From Lepidodermella squamata (Eukaryota > Animalia > Gastrotricha): 64,000 nt of DNA. Numbering within the stretch: the stretch's first letter is position 1; every line of letters starts with the position of its first letter. Shown in pieces: positions 34,190 through 46,386 of this stretch. The notes under the pieces were generated by a model that ran no database searches, was not told the DNA's origin, and saw only the letters and a list, made by a program, of their open reading frames with translations. The stretch spans positions 4,340,001 to 4,404,000 of the forward strand of contig JBLDXI010000032.1 of the NCBI GenBank assembly GCA_047495785.1. Direction: 5' to 3'. Both the position numbers and the translations under genes were made by a program.

Positions 34190-36667
34190 TTAATTGTTGA
34201 TTGATAGGCGTCGACATTTCTCAGAAATCCGAGTCGAATTGACGTGCTCTGTGACGGCTACGGCTGAAATATTATGAACACGTAATTCGTGTAGTTCATT
34301 AGCGTTCGTGGGTAATGGCGGTGAGAAGGAGCTAACAACTTCGTATCCGATAGTCATCGCATACACAAGAATAGATACTAGAATAGCCGCCACGCTATGA
34401 ACAATATTGCGGAGGTCGGCGCGGTGTCCGAGAATTTCACTAATCATAATTGCAGCTAGAATTATCGTGAGCATGTTTACCTGGGCTAACGCGTAGGGTT
34501 TCATCGCGCCAGCGCCGTGTTTCATGTAGAGGCGCATCGAAAACGACCCGATGATGCCTACGAAAAACAACATTGATTCAAAGGCGCATATGGCTATCAG
34601 CCAATGCTCAAGACCGCCACTGCTACATGCGTAGGTTTCCGTATCTTCGTAACGATCTTCTTCGATTCGATAAACGATACGGCGTGCGTTTGCGACAGCT
34701 TGCGTGAAAGGTGGGTCAGATGCCAACCAAATTACGAGCATGATGGCCAAAATTATTGCGGCTATAATGATCGCAATATTTGAATCGCGGTAGCGACGAT
34801 ACACCTCGTACTCATCGACACGGCGGACAGATTTTGACCTGTCCTCTGCTGTATTGTCAAAAACCTTTATACGGTATCGCTTCGCCACAATTTTCGAAGT
34901 TCTAGTACTCAACTTTGTGCTCCAGCCCTTAGCTTGAGGTATGACAAAATTATCGCGAGCCGCGATGAAGTACGAAATGACCAGCAGAAATCCAGAGTTG
35001 ATCATCCGAACGCCGAAAATTAAGCATGGGAAAGTGAGAACGCAAAACGCAATCGAATTCGGCCTTTCATTACCGATCACGATCGTAATCGATGCAAGGT
35101 TCAGGATAACACAGCCAGAAAGGATGCAAATCTTAGATATGAAAACTTGACGAGGGCTGGAATTGGAGATATCTTGCCGCTTAACATACGTTATGAATAT
35201 GGTTACTTTTAAGAAAACAGCCGCTAGAGAAATCGCCGCGATGGAGATGATATACTGGCTAGGTGCATCTTGTGTTAACATCATATTTTCAGGGTATGCT
35301 TTGGGCGCGACTCCGAGCTTGTTGCGCCATGCGGGTCTCACGGCAGTTGGAACCAGTCGATAGCTTGACAATTCATCGTACCGCTGAGAGCCATTGTGTT
35401 CGACGTAGAATACAGTTTCGAAGGAATTCGATTGCGGGACGTATTGATATACAACTTGGGGCTCTTCGTCCAGCTCAAGCCTGAACTTCGAGTAACCGAT
35501 CTCTCCCGATCTTAGACCCCGAAATCTTCCACTAGCCATGGACGCGTTTACGAAATCAGCAACAACTTTCGGCTCGCTCTTGTAATCTAGGAGCGATAGA
35601 TTTTTCGAAGCTAAATTTCTATTAGCTGTATCAAGCGCTAAAATGCCCTGAATCGCATTGTCGTGGCAAAGTTCTCGGAACAGATAATCAGCTGATCCTG
35701 TCACATTAGTGCGTTTTTGAAGCAAGCTATCGAATGTAGGCTTATCGTAGCCTAGAGAAGTGTTTCCGTTGTTTTTTGTCGAAAACATGATGGTACCAAC
35801 GAAGAAGGTAAACTTCATTTGCTCAATCAAAACATCGCGGGTGCAACCTGGCGGCAGGCGTGGTAACTTGCCATTCAAGTCGAAAACTATGCTCGGCTGA
35901 GGCATGAATACGTATCTGGCGCCTGTAACGCCATGTCGATAAGCAAAGCAAAGAAATTTGACGAATGGGTCGATGACAGTCATTTCGAGTAAAACCACTC
36001 TTAGATCACTCGATTTGAAGGAAATCATGGTTGCGTCATCTATTTCTAAGGTTGGCTCGAACCAGGGAACGAGAATTCCCTGGGAAATAAGCAATTTCTG
36101 CATGACAACGGCCCCTGTGAAATCGCGGAAACTAGATGCGATCGTCATTATGGCGACTCGGTCCCACTTTCCAACCTGAGCGACAAAAAGGTACCGCGAG
36201 AACACGACCACGTCAGCAGTCGTCCGCATGTGGTACAAATTTGGAAACTGAATCCGATTTCCAGCAGTCGAAGCAGCCGAACAGCCCGAGGCTAACTCGA
36301 CCATGTCAAGGTAGTGCAGAGTCCGAGCGAGACCTATGCACCCGTTCGAGAAAAATGGCCCGAGAATCAGCGGCGAAATGGCTGACTGGCGTCGCCACTT
36401 GAACGAAATGGCTTCGTTGATGACCAACAACGAATTTGCGCCTTCATCCCGATGGACAGCGTCGATGTGGATATCGGGCAATATATCTGATCGGCGATTA
36501 GCTTCGTCGATAGCGACCTGGGCTGCATCGCGGCAAACTGCACCATCACGTGGGTCATTGCCTGTGAACATCTGGAAGACGAGCAACGACATATTGTTCG
36601 GCTTCAAGGCTGTGCTTGCTGAGCAGTTGAAGAGAAATGGCAGTAGGAGCAGATTTAATCGATTCAT
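34190..36667 (-). CDS. Intronless GABA-B-receptor-like class C GPCR 2, paralog of 27648-30155
   Basis: Signal peptide, AIDEANRRSDILPD, GPFFSNGC, QFPNLY, LCFAYRHGVTGARYVF, LCHD, 7TM. Shares FTGN..G..C and GLR motifs with GPCR 1. Confidence 0.85.
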   Translation of the reverse strand: MNRLNLLLLPFLFNCSASTALKPNNMSLLVFQMFTGNDPRDGAVCRDAAQVAIDEANRRSDILPDIHIDAVHRDEGANSLLVINEAISFKWRRQSAISPLILGPFFSNGCIGLARTLHYLDMVELASGCSAASTAGNRIQFPNLYHMRTTADVVVFSRYLFVAQVGKWDRVAIMTIASSFRDFTGAVVMQKLLISQGILVPWFEPTLEIDDATMISFKSSDLRVVLLEMTVIDPFVKFLCFAYRHGVTGARYVFMPQPSIVFDLNGKLPRLPPGCTRDVLIEQMKFTFFVGTIMFSTKNNGNTSLGYDKPTFDSLLQKRTNVTGSADYLFRELCHDNAIQGILALDTANRNLASKNLSLLDYKSEPKVVADFVNASMASGRFRGLRSGEIGYSKFRLELDEEPQVVYQYVPQSNSFETVFYVEHNGSQRYDELSSYRLVPTAVRPAWRNKLGVAPKAYPENMMLTQDAPSQYIISIAAISLAAVFLKVTIFITYVKRQDISNSSPRQVFISKICILSGCVILNLASITIVIGNERPNSIAFCVLTFPCLIFGVRMINSGFLLVISYFIAARDNFVIPQAKGWSTKLSTRTSKIVAKRYRIKVFDNTAEDRSKSVRRVDEYEVYRRYRDSNIAIIIAAIILAIMLVIWLASDPPFTQAVANARRIVYRIEEDRYEDTETYACSSGGLEHWLIAICAFESMLFFVGIIGSFSMRLYMKHGAGAMKPYALAQVNMLTIILAAIMISEILGHRADLRNIVHSVAAILVSILVYAMTIGYEVVSSFSPPLPTNANELHELRVHNISAVAVTEHVNSTRISEKCRRLSINN

Positions 36668-37210
36668 TTCAAGCGCGTATTATAGGATTAAAGCAAAGCT
36701 AGCTCGTGAGATTTTTGAACAGCTCTGCAAAGGTATGACTTGAACTACTATATCGGACACCATCTCTGTCATTAGCCAAATTGGATTTTACATTCAACTT
36801 GATTAAGCTCAACTGTGCGACGAGCGACGAGTTGTACCCATTTTTTTAAGACGGTCAATTTATGGCTTTGTTTGTGATAGTGGGCTTTGGGTTAGTAAAA
36901 TCACTAACAAAAGATACTATGTGATTCATCATCAAATTCTGTAAAAAATTCCAACTTGCACAGTGCGTTTAATTATCTTAACTGGCAAACTGAAGATTCC
37001 TGGAGGACGATGCACCCAACGGCTGGTGGCAGACTTTGGCAATTTCTATCAGGCTATTCCGATGCCAATTAATTTGCCGCCTTAGAAATCTCACGTGTTT
37101 GCCGCTTTCGCCGTTTTGTTTGCCGAATTACCAGCCTCAGATTATTTGCAGAAGCTTACTCACTTCTGCTTCTCGAGTTTTTGTTTCCACTGAAAAATAA
37201 GACAATCGTT

Positions 37211-38530
37211 ATGAAAGCATTCCGGAATCTTCAGCTTCAATTTTTTCGATTAGTTGCCCTTTTCATAGCGACTTGTAATGGGGCTTTTGCGTTAAATGTA
37301 ACGGCCGAGTCGGCTGAAATAATGCAGTCGAATTCCACAACTATGAATTCAAAGCAACAAATGGCTGAGTATATTCAATCGATTAAAGACCTGGCATTCC
37401 AAGAATTTTTATCTCGGCCAGACGCGGATACAAATTCGTCTTACATTTTACAGAAATGCCCGCATGTCTCCGCTGAACGCCTGTTCCCCGTCCTCGACAG
37501 TGGAGCGTACGAAGATTTGCTTCCAGTTACACTGCAATTTCAGCCCGAGTTTTTCTATGGTATAAACGACGTCGATGAGACACTGTCAATCGTCTCGATG
37601 CTTCGCATCATTTGGGATGTCATATGCCCTGACTACGGCCTAAACGTTCGGTTTTTCCGGGAGATCCTACCGTCATCTGATTTCTACTCTAAGCCAACAT
37701 TCAGACATTTGAATTCTGTACGCGACCCGGGCCTCAACCAGAACTTTGACGAATTTTTCAAGATTGAATCGAATGGGTATTACAACGAGGCAGCGAACAT
37801 GGTGTTTAGCTGGCAGAAATATGGCGTGTTTGAATCATTTTGCGATATTTCATTTCGTTATTTCCCATTCGGAGAGACCGAGTGCGGCATTATTTTTGTA
37901 AGCACGCTGTCTCCAGAGCTCATAAACATTACGTCAGCTCATATGGGCAAGTACACTGAGGCATTTCTGCAACCACGACGATCGTGGATTTACAAAAGCA
38001 ACCGATCTGTTATAGACATATACCGCGATGGTCGAGACAGAACTTTTCGTAGAGCGACATTCTATTTGAAATTCAGCCGCGTGCCCGACTACTATGTCAG
38101 CAACCAAATTGTGCCGTGTAGCGTTCTCGCCTTGATGGAAGTCTTCGGCCTTCTAATGCCTCCTCGCTATCCCGATCGACCCGCCTTCGCTATGACAATT
38201 CTTCTCGCTCTAACGGTTCTTCAAGGACAAGTGCTACAAAGCGTTCCAATAACTTCCGAACGCATTTATCTCAACGATTATGTCCTGCTATGCTGCCTGA
38301 TCGCCACCCTTTGCAGCGTCTACGCCTGCTTTACAAACTGTTTAGCCAACTCGTCCAGTAAGTCGCGTCGAGCCTTTATCTACCGCAGGTTCAGGCTTCA
38401 AATTTGCAAATGGCTGTCATTTTCAATCGCTCTCGTTCGCATCGTGGACTGCTTCATCGGCCTGGGATCGCTCGTCCTTCTCGGGCTGCTCAATGTTTAC
38501 ACTTACACTCTAGCACTTCAATGGGGCTGA
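37211..38530 (+). CDS. Intronless divergent Cys-loop ion channel subunit 2
   Basis: Signal peptide, INDVDETL, Cys-loop CDISFRYFPFGETEC, FSRVPDYY, M1 QIVP, M2 PDRPAFAMTILLALTV, VPITS, four TMs. Confidence 0.88.
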   Translation: MKAFRNLQLQFFRLVALFIATCNGAFALNVTAESAEIMQSNSTTMNSKQQMAEYIQSIKDLAFQEFLSRPDADTNSSYILQKCPHVSAERLFPVLDSGAYEDLLPVTLQFQPEFFYGINDVDETLSIVSMLRIIWDVICPDYGLNVRFFREILPSSDFYSKPTFRHLNSVRDPGLNQNFDEFFKIESNGYYNEAANMVFSWQKYGVFESFCDISFRYFPFGETECGIIFVSTLSPELINITSAHMGKYTEAFLQPRRSWIYKSNRSVIDIYRDGRDRTFRRATFYLKFSRVPDYYVSNQIVPCSVLALMEVFGLLMPPRYPDRPAFAMTILLALTVLQGQVLQSVPITSERIYLNDYVLLCCLIATLCSVYACFTNCLANSSSKSRRAFIYRRFRLQICKWLSFSIALVRIVDCFIGLGSLVLLGLLNVYTYTLALQWG

Positions 38531-38745
38531 GAGCGGTATTTTTATATTCTGTTCTAAGGAACTTTTGGTATCAGAGCTGTTTTTCTGCTCACCCGGTGCG
38601 CAGTTTTATTGTTACGGTGATAGGGCATAGTAAAATAAAGCGCTGTTGTCGATGTTTGTGTTTTTTTTTGCTACAACTACATTACACCTATATGTTCCCT
38701 GCTTTCCAGCCAAGGAACGGCTGACTAGAAAAAATCAGCTCAATA

Positions 38746-39229
38746 ATGGAAATGAAGCAGTTTGTCATTCTGTTTGCTGCCATTGTATGCCTCACAGATT
38801 TTTCAGGTTTTATTTTCAATAGACAACAGTTTTGAAGCTTTCATTTTCTTTTTTGCAACAGTTAGCCAGACACTAATAAAATGCATCCAAAGCTATGCTT
38901 GGTCCGACCAGCAGCCGGCTAAGAATGAGACGACGAGCTGCGATACATTCGGATCTTGCGTTCGGATGATAAATCGAACAAAAGGCTACAACATCACTTT
39001 CATCACAAGAACTTGCGCGATTGATAAATGCAAGAGTACCAACTACACGTTCTACAACAAGAAAGTTGGCGCCGTTGAGATAGCTTACATTTATTGCTGC
39101 AATACTAATAACTGCAACGGCGCAGCTAACCTCAACTCGTGGTCTTACATTGGCATTTTTCGATCGGACATGCATTTTTGTTCAATTTTAATCATAATAT
39201 TAGCCCTGCTGGGTTTCCTTCCGACGTAG
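38746..39229 (+). CDS. Three-finger GPI-anchored protein TF10, 2 exons
   Basis: MEMKQFVILFAAIVCLTDFS..IKCIQS..SCDTFGSCVR..TRTCAIDKC..IYCCNTNNCN..ILIIILALLGFLPT*. Confidence 0.87.
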
Positions 39230-39515
39230 ATTCAGTCAACAGTGAATCTCACATGCTCAAAATCGATGATGAAATAATTTGTCCTGTCTCCTGATTGAAA
39301 GCTCCCATTGTGCTTTTTGATAAGCACCGAGAATAAAAACCCGTAAATAATATTGACAACGGCCGTCGTAGTCTTTGAGGATTAGACATCAGCCGCATTT
39401 TGAAGCATGTCACACACCTTGTGAAAAATGTAGCTGCTTCACACTCAGGTTGCAAACATAGCCTATTCGTAGCAGCAACAATAACACCGACAATATAGTC
39501 ATCAGCAATAACTAA

Positions 39516-40082
39516 ATGCCGAGGATAGCAGCTTCCCAATATTTACTTTTTATATTGATTATTTTGTCGGATGTGCAGGGTATTTGCATTTAATCAAGTC
39601 ACTCGATAATTTAAAATGCTTTCCAAACTTTTGATCAGCTGACAATCTAACAACAATTTGCTACGATAACTATCATTACTCGGACTTTTATTCTGACACT
39701 TTGTATTCTACACACTGTACGACAACCGGATATTGCCTGGTAATTTCTAACTAATCATATAGAAAAAGCTATCTTTTATTGAAATTTTATTAAGAAAGTA
39801 GAAAACTACACATCGGAACGGCCGAGATGGTTTATATACCGCACGTGCGTGAAAAATTGTTCCGAAGCCAAGGTTCGCTGGACTAACGAAACAACTGGTA
39901 CAATTTACGCGATCGATTATTACTGCTGCCGGCGCAACTTTTGCAACAGCGCATTTTCGCTTCACAATTATTTTTCTCAACATCAGACTTCAATCGCTGC
40001 TTTCATAATTGTCCTGGCTCTAGCCAATCTAAATTTTCAAGAAATTCAAAATTCGTTCCAAATTTATTCGAAATTAAAATGA
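39516..40082 (+). CDS. Three-finger GPI-anchored protein TF11, 3 exons
   Basis: MPRIAASQYLLFILIILSDVQA..TICYD..HCTTTGYCLK..YRTCVKNC..YYCCRRNFCN..IAAFIIVLALA..*. Confidence 0.85.
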
Positions 40083-40084
40083 TG

Positions 40085-43000
40085 CTATTTCGACACCGTT
40101 TCACTGACGTAGGAAATCCATGAAAAACTATGCGTTATCATTTTGCCCAAGCGCCGGCGATTAGGATCCGGGGCGAAATTCCGGCGCCTGGCCTCAGCAT
40201 ATCGACGCAGAAGCTCGACAATCTCACCGCTTGTTGTTCGACTCAACGGTCCAGCTGGGCTCGCGAAGCCAGCGAAAGATGTCTCCATTTCTTCATCTGT
40301 CTCCGCTTGCTCAACTCTGATTTTGACTCGGCTGGTTACTGAAGAAAACACCGACTCGTTTCCGCCCTTATTATCCTCGGCTATAACTTGTGACAACGTC
40401 TCGTGCGCATTATCAACTGCTCTTTGCATAAACGCCACACTCAAAGCCATTGGACACGTGAGATTCGCGGCAGAACGCGAGCAAAACATCCTTTCGATTC
40501 GGCCGCGCCATGCCTGCCGTCCCTCCTCGCCATCGAACATGTTGCTGAGAACATAGCAGGATAGGCTACTGGCGCACTGCCTTGAGAGCTTGTTCTGGCT
40601 CCGCAGACTGTTCAGCGACGGAAAACGCTTGCTGTCGTTGTAGCTTTGCAGGCGCATTTCTTCGAGTACGTATTCACAAGACAGAACTCGCATCAATTGA
40701 TTCAAGGGTAGTTCTAGTAACGGTGAATCTTCACCGATCATCGGCCTCTGAAAGATAGAAAATATTGAAACCGCATTTAAAGAATGAGACAAAATGCTAA
40801 CAATTCTAGTCTCGAACTCCTCAGTTATTGTTTTTTCAATAGTTTCGCATCGTTCTGTTGTCATTCGCGAAATTTTTGTGGCCACTTCACTGTTTCTCTG
40901 ATCTTTCGAATTTTCCGGCGACAGTTTCGGCGTGCCACTCGGTAACACGTTTTCGACCTCCTTCTCGCTGGAATCTTGTAAATTTCGCATCAGCACAGCA
41001 ACGACGATGTTGATGAGAAAGAACTGCGTGAGCAATACGAATGAAATGAAGTAGACAGGGGAGATGAAGTAGACGATTCCACAGGGTATCGCCCGGTTCG
41101 AATGTGCGATGAAGGCTTCGCAAATCTCTGAATTACCGGCGATCGCCAGCATATCCTTAAGGATAGCGTTCCAGTTATCGCCTGTGAAGATGCGAAACAG
41201 GGTAAGCATTGTCAGGCCGAAGTTGTCGAAACCGGCATGGCGGGATAGGCCTTCACATGTTGTGCCCTCGGGGCAGACGAAAGTTCCGTAAAATTGAACA
41301 CCAAGCGCCGCATACACGAAAAACAGCAGCAGGAACAGAATTGAGAGGTACATGACGTGAGGTATCGCTTTGGCAATGGTGTCGATCAAATGCCGAATAC
41401 CCTCGGCAGATTTCAGGAGTTTGAACGCCCTAGCAATGCGAAATACTCTTGCTGCGCGAATAAGAGTGGGGTTAATTGGAATATAAGCCTCTAGGACGAT
41501 GCCGAAAACTGAAAGCAGAAAGATTCCGAGGTCGATTTGGTTCCAGCGCTCGGAGATGTAGCGCACGAAACCGAAAGCAACGATTTTCATCAAAGCTTCC
41601 AGTGCCATAAGTGTCATGAAAAAGTAGCTGCAGTAGCCGATTAGCACGTTGAAAATTTGAGGCATTTGGTAATACTCAACTGCCATTATAAGGAGGTTGA
41701 CAAGCGTGAGGCCGATGATGACGATTTCGAAAATGTCGTTCGTCACAAATTTGTAGAGAAATATTCGCCAAGATGGGTAATGCATCCAATATTCGTCCGC
41801 CTGGGGCGAATCTTCGTCTTCATCCGAGAACAGCCTGTGCAGTTCTTTCGGCGGGCCATCAGCCGGATGGCCGGGGACTCCTTGTGCGGCATGGTGGGCT
41901 GGGATTGCCAGCGATTTCGCGGCTATTCGAGCGAGGACGCTTGACGTTTGCAAGCTGCACATGCGCTGTTTCACCTGCTTTTCGATGTACTTTTGCACTC
42001 GCTCAAAGTTGTTTACAACAACGCCGACGAACATGTTTAGAGCCTAACATTTGAACTCATTTTAGCTTTGTTAATGCGGCGCGGTATGAATGTGAACTTA
42101 CGAAGAAACAAACAATCAGCAAAAAAGAGATGAAGTAAAAATAGGCAAACGGGCTGTGACCAGGAACAGGCTGAAAAAAATAAAGATCATCGCTACGAAA
42201 TTATTGCAATTTTCCTCATCCATTACTAACTTGTAAATCTGAACCAGCACACTCAACACCGTTGAGAGTCACAGCAGTCCAGCCGTCGAGGGTAGAAAAG
42301 ACGAATAGAGTCATGAAAGCTTGCGGTAGACTGTTGAAGTTGTACGGCTCGATTTCCCACTCGAAACCGAGACTCTCGCACTGATTTCGGTCTTGAACAG
42401 ACTCGAACATGCGTATGACCGCGCCGGTTTTCGCCAGAATTGCGGCGTTTCCATCGCTGCCATTTACTTCGATGACTTGGGGGAATACGCATCGAGCAAA
42501 GCATCCGCTATACAGCTGCACGCCGAGAATTGAGAAGACTCCGAAAAATACAAAGCAGATGAACACTGCATCGAAATATTATTCGATTAAATGAAGTAAA
42601 ATTTAGGAAAAAATTCACCAATATTGCCGATTGGTTTTAGTGAAAGCATCAGCGTTTCCAGGACTATTTGCAAGCCTTGCGCTCGACTAATAACACGAAC
42701 AGGGCGTAGAGCTTTCACGAGACAGAAAACTCTCAGAACTGTTCGGAAAATCTCGAAAGCCCCGAAAGTATCATCGCCATCATCGCCCATGTGCATCGGG
42801 ACATGTTCAAGGACGACGTCGAGTAACCCAGCAACAACTAGAAGGAAATCAATCTTGCCCCACATATTACTTAGAACCGCCTTGTGACCATTCGAGAAGC
42901 CGAATGCAATACTTCTAGCCAAGATTTCCAACGTAAAAACAGCGGTGAAAAAGTGGTTAGCCGTATTCATCGTGTGGCGTTCCCAGGAGTCCTGGCCCAT

Positions 43001-46000
43001 CAGCGGCCGCTCCAAAACTATAGGAACACAACTAGCCAAAATGACGAAGAGGAAGAACGTCTCGTAATTCTTTGAGGCGAGCAGCTTTTTTAGTTTTCGG
43101 CGCAGACGGCTGTTACGATCGAACAAGCAAAGGGCGTTATCCGAACGGTAACGGCGTCGAATTTTCTCGGCAAATGTTGTTGGCTTCGGAATCCTGGCAG
43201 TGTGTTTCAGCAATTGGGGTAATAACTGTTTGAAACTTAAAATTAAAATCTAAATAATTCTAATAACGGGGCACATACCTCAGCAGCTCTTTCCTCGGCA
43301 AGCAGTTGTAGCACATCGTTCGACCCGAAAACAGCCAGCTCCAATTCAGGCCCATCGTCCTTAAAAAAAGAAGAAATGAACTTGAATTCGGAGAAAAATG
43401 CGAGTAACTTACATCCATTCCACAGAACCCCTCGACCAAAATTGCAATCAGCAGGTTGAAGATGATGTAGTTTCCGATGGCTACAACAGCCACGAAATAA
43501 ACCCCGGAAAAATTGCTGGTGAAGTGCATCCCGTCACGCATGATTGGCGACCAGCTGTCCTGGGTAAATATCTGCAAAAAGCCAAAACTCGTCGGCAGAA
43601 GGCAATCAAATCAAGAAAAACCTGTAGAACAGTGAACAGTGACTGGAATAATGAATCGAAGTTGATTTGCGAGCACTTCATGTGTCCCGGAAATGCCTCA
43701 GTAGCATTCGATTCACTCGTGGTATTTGAGGATAAGGACTGAAATTCAAAGTATTGATCGAGACTTAGCACCTGCATCATACAAGGCAGTGGCTCCAGCG
43801 AAGCGTTTCGACTCGCCTGTGTGTCGTTGTCTTTGTGCTGCTCCATTTGGCAGAATTTACATCCGAAAAGAGACATCCCGAATAACGAAGAAATAAACAG
43901 GAAAAAACTGAGAAGCATGAAAAATGTTGCGACGTTATCAACAGTTCGAATCATAGCCATGAGCTGTTTCTTTAAATCATCCGGCATAAAATGGATGATT
44001 TTCACGAGCCGAACAAGTCGGAAAAGCCTCAAGACAGAGAACCCGGACGGACCTGACCCTGAAGCAAGTAGCTCAGCGACACTTTCAAGTAGAAATGACG
44101 ATGCTATCACAGTTGAACAAACTTGAAATTTATATTACTTTATGCTTATGATGACAGTATCGATTATGTTGAAGCTGTTTGAGATGAATACGATCGGGCC
44201 GTAGGCGTAGAATTTGACGAGCAACTCGACAACAAAAACGAAGGTGAAAAGTATATTTACGACCTCGTGAATCAGCGTTACAACGTGCGACTAAATTTCG
44301 GAATCGAAAATTGATCAATTCAAAACTTAAAAAAATTCATACCTGTCCGTAATGCTCTGTCGCCATTACACAGGCATTTAGGACTATCATGATGCCGGTG
44401 ATGATGAGGGTAACGTTGTGCCCTAAAATATGGCGGAGAAACGCCCGGCTTCGCTGAACTGCCGCCCCGATGTGAACACAAAAGGCACACCGCTTCTTTT
44501 GTCTAGGAGGATACTCGCCCGGCTGTAGTTCGGGCGCTATTTTCTTCGGGAAAACTCGATGCCACGCGTGGTTTATCCAATGAATGAGCCATTTAATCAT
44601 TTGAGCATACAGGCCGTCATCCTTCTCATCGCCGGCCTCTGCCTCGGCTTCGGCGAGGATCGAATCTACTTCGCTCGGTTCTTTGGCAACAAGCTGTTCT
44701 TCCGCTTTCTGCAAAATAAATCTATATAACTGGACTATCAAATTTTGAATTTATGCTCACGAGTAGCTCGGTTTCGCGAGCTTTTGTTTTCGTAAATTGG
44801 GTAGCGACGACAACGAGGCAAAGGTTCACAGTGAGGTATGCCCCGATCTAAATATCAATGATCAAGGAATGACTCAAAGAAACTATTCGTTTACCATGAC
44901 GAGAGCAATGAAATAAATCCACACCCAGAAGGAATAGGCATCCTGTATCAAGTACATGATGTCTGTCCATGATTCGAGCGAGATGACTTGGAAGATTGCC
45001 AGCCAGGCGAAGCCAATGTTGTCAAAATTCAGCGTGCCTCTCAGCGGGTTCGGGCCATCTTGCCGACACTCGGTGTAATTTCTAACCCAACTACGGCAAG
45101 CTTCCAGCCGTTCGCGATCGTACGCAAATCTCTCCAAACACATTGATTTTTTGCGTCTGGAAAATGAAAATCAGGCAAATTGATATTGATTGAAAACGAA
45201 GCTTGTATTACTCTTCAAGCGCAATGTCGCTACAGCGAAGTAAGCCGAACGAATCCGTACAAATAAATTCGACTTCATCGGGCGGTTCATAGTAAGCTGG
45301 CATGAATGGTGGAGGCTATATTATGATCAAAAAAACATCCAACATCCGAGTGAAACAAATGCTGTTAGTTACCGTTGCATCTTTTGGAAAGAAACAGCGC
45401 TGCCTCAATATTCCAGCCCATAATTGGACAGCAACAATACCAAATACGGAAAACGTGAAGAAGAACAATATCAGCACTGTCAAGTTTGGATGTACTTCTT
45501 TTAAAAAATCGTTATAATTTTAGAAAACGCCGTTACCGTTGCCCATCATAGGCAAAATGTCCAGCAGGAGCGATATGAGTAATCGAAGGCTTTTAATTCT
45601 GTTAATTGCTCGCAACGGCCTCAAAACTCGAATTGCTCTGATGGCTGTGAAATTAACCCCACTGTTCGCGAAGATATACTCGGATGCACTAAATCCAACA
45701 GATGTTAAGTACATCTCAATTGCTAGGAAATTGACCCTAATACCTGATAATCACAATGAAGAAGTCGAAGCAGTTCCATGAATCCCTGAGGTAGGCATTT
45801 TCGCCGGCCCAGAAGCCGAGCGCGAGAATTTTGAGGCACATTTCGAAGAAGAAGAACATAAAAATGAAGTGTTCAACCTGCGACAGCACAGCGCAGGTCG
45901 GTTTAAGGCACGCGACATCGCACGGATCGGTCATGCCCAGCGCTATGCAGTTGACGAGAATGGCGACGAGGCTGACGCGTTTGAAGGCCTTGCTCGCGAT

Positions 46001-46096
46001 CAGCCGATCGGCGTTGTAGCGCAGCCGAGCCAGGAATCGCGGCGGCGGCCCCGGCGGTCCGGGCAGCTGGTCGAGGTCGACGAACGACTGCGGCAT
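40085..46096 (-). CDS. Cav3: T-type (Cav3-like) channel, paralog C, complete four-domain gene
   Basis: DI S4 [17 protein letters not shown], pore ISLESW (E 44973-75), [11 protein letters not shown]; DII pore FTQDSW (43557-59); DIII pore STLDGW (42285-87); DIV pore FTGDNW (41177-79). DIV plus C-tail lie in one ~2-kb exon. Confidence 0.93.
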
Positions 46097-46386
46097 CGCC
46101 ACGACTGCGATCAGGTCATTTTATTGCACGTGTTTTACGACAGCTTTTATGAGGTCAAGTGTGCGCGTGCGTATTTCAGTGTAATGAATTTTCATGAGTA
46201 TTTTTATCTGGTTAAATTTCGGTACAGTAGATAACTAGGGAGCGTCTGCGTCTGCCTGTCTGCCGGCCGGTCTTCGTAAGAAAAATCAGTGCGAGTGATT
46301 CTGCCTCTAAGGGCGCCGAGGTGTTAAAAGCACTGTTTTCGTAAGTAGCCGTGCCGCAACTTGCGACGTCTAAAAAGTGCTTTATT

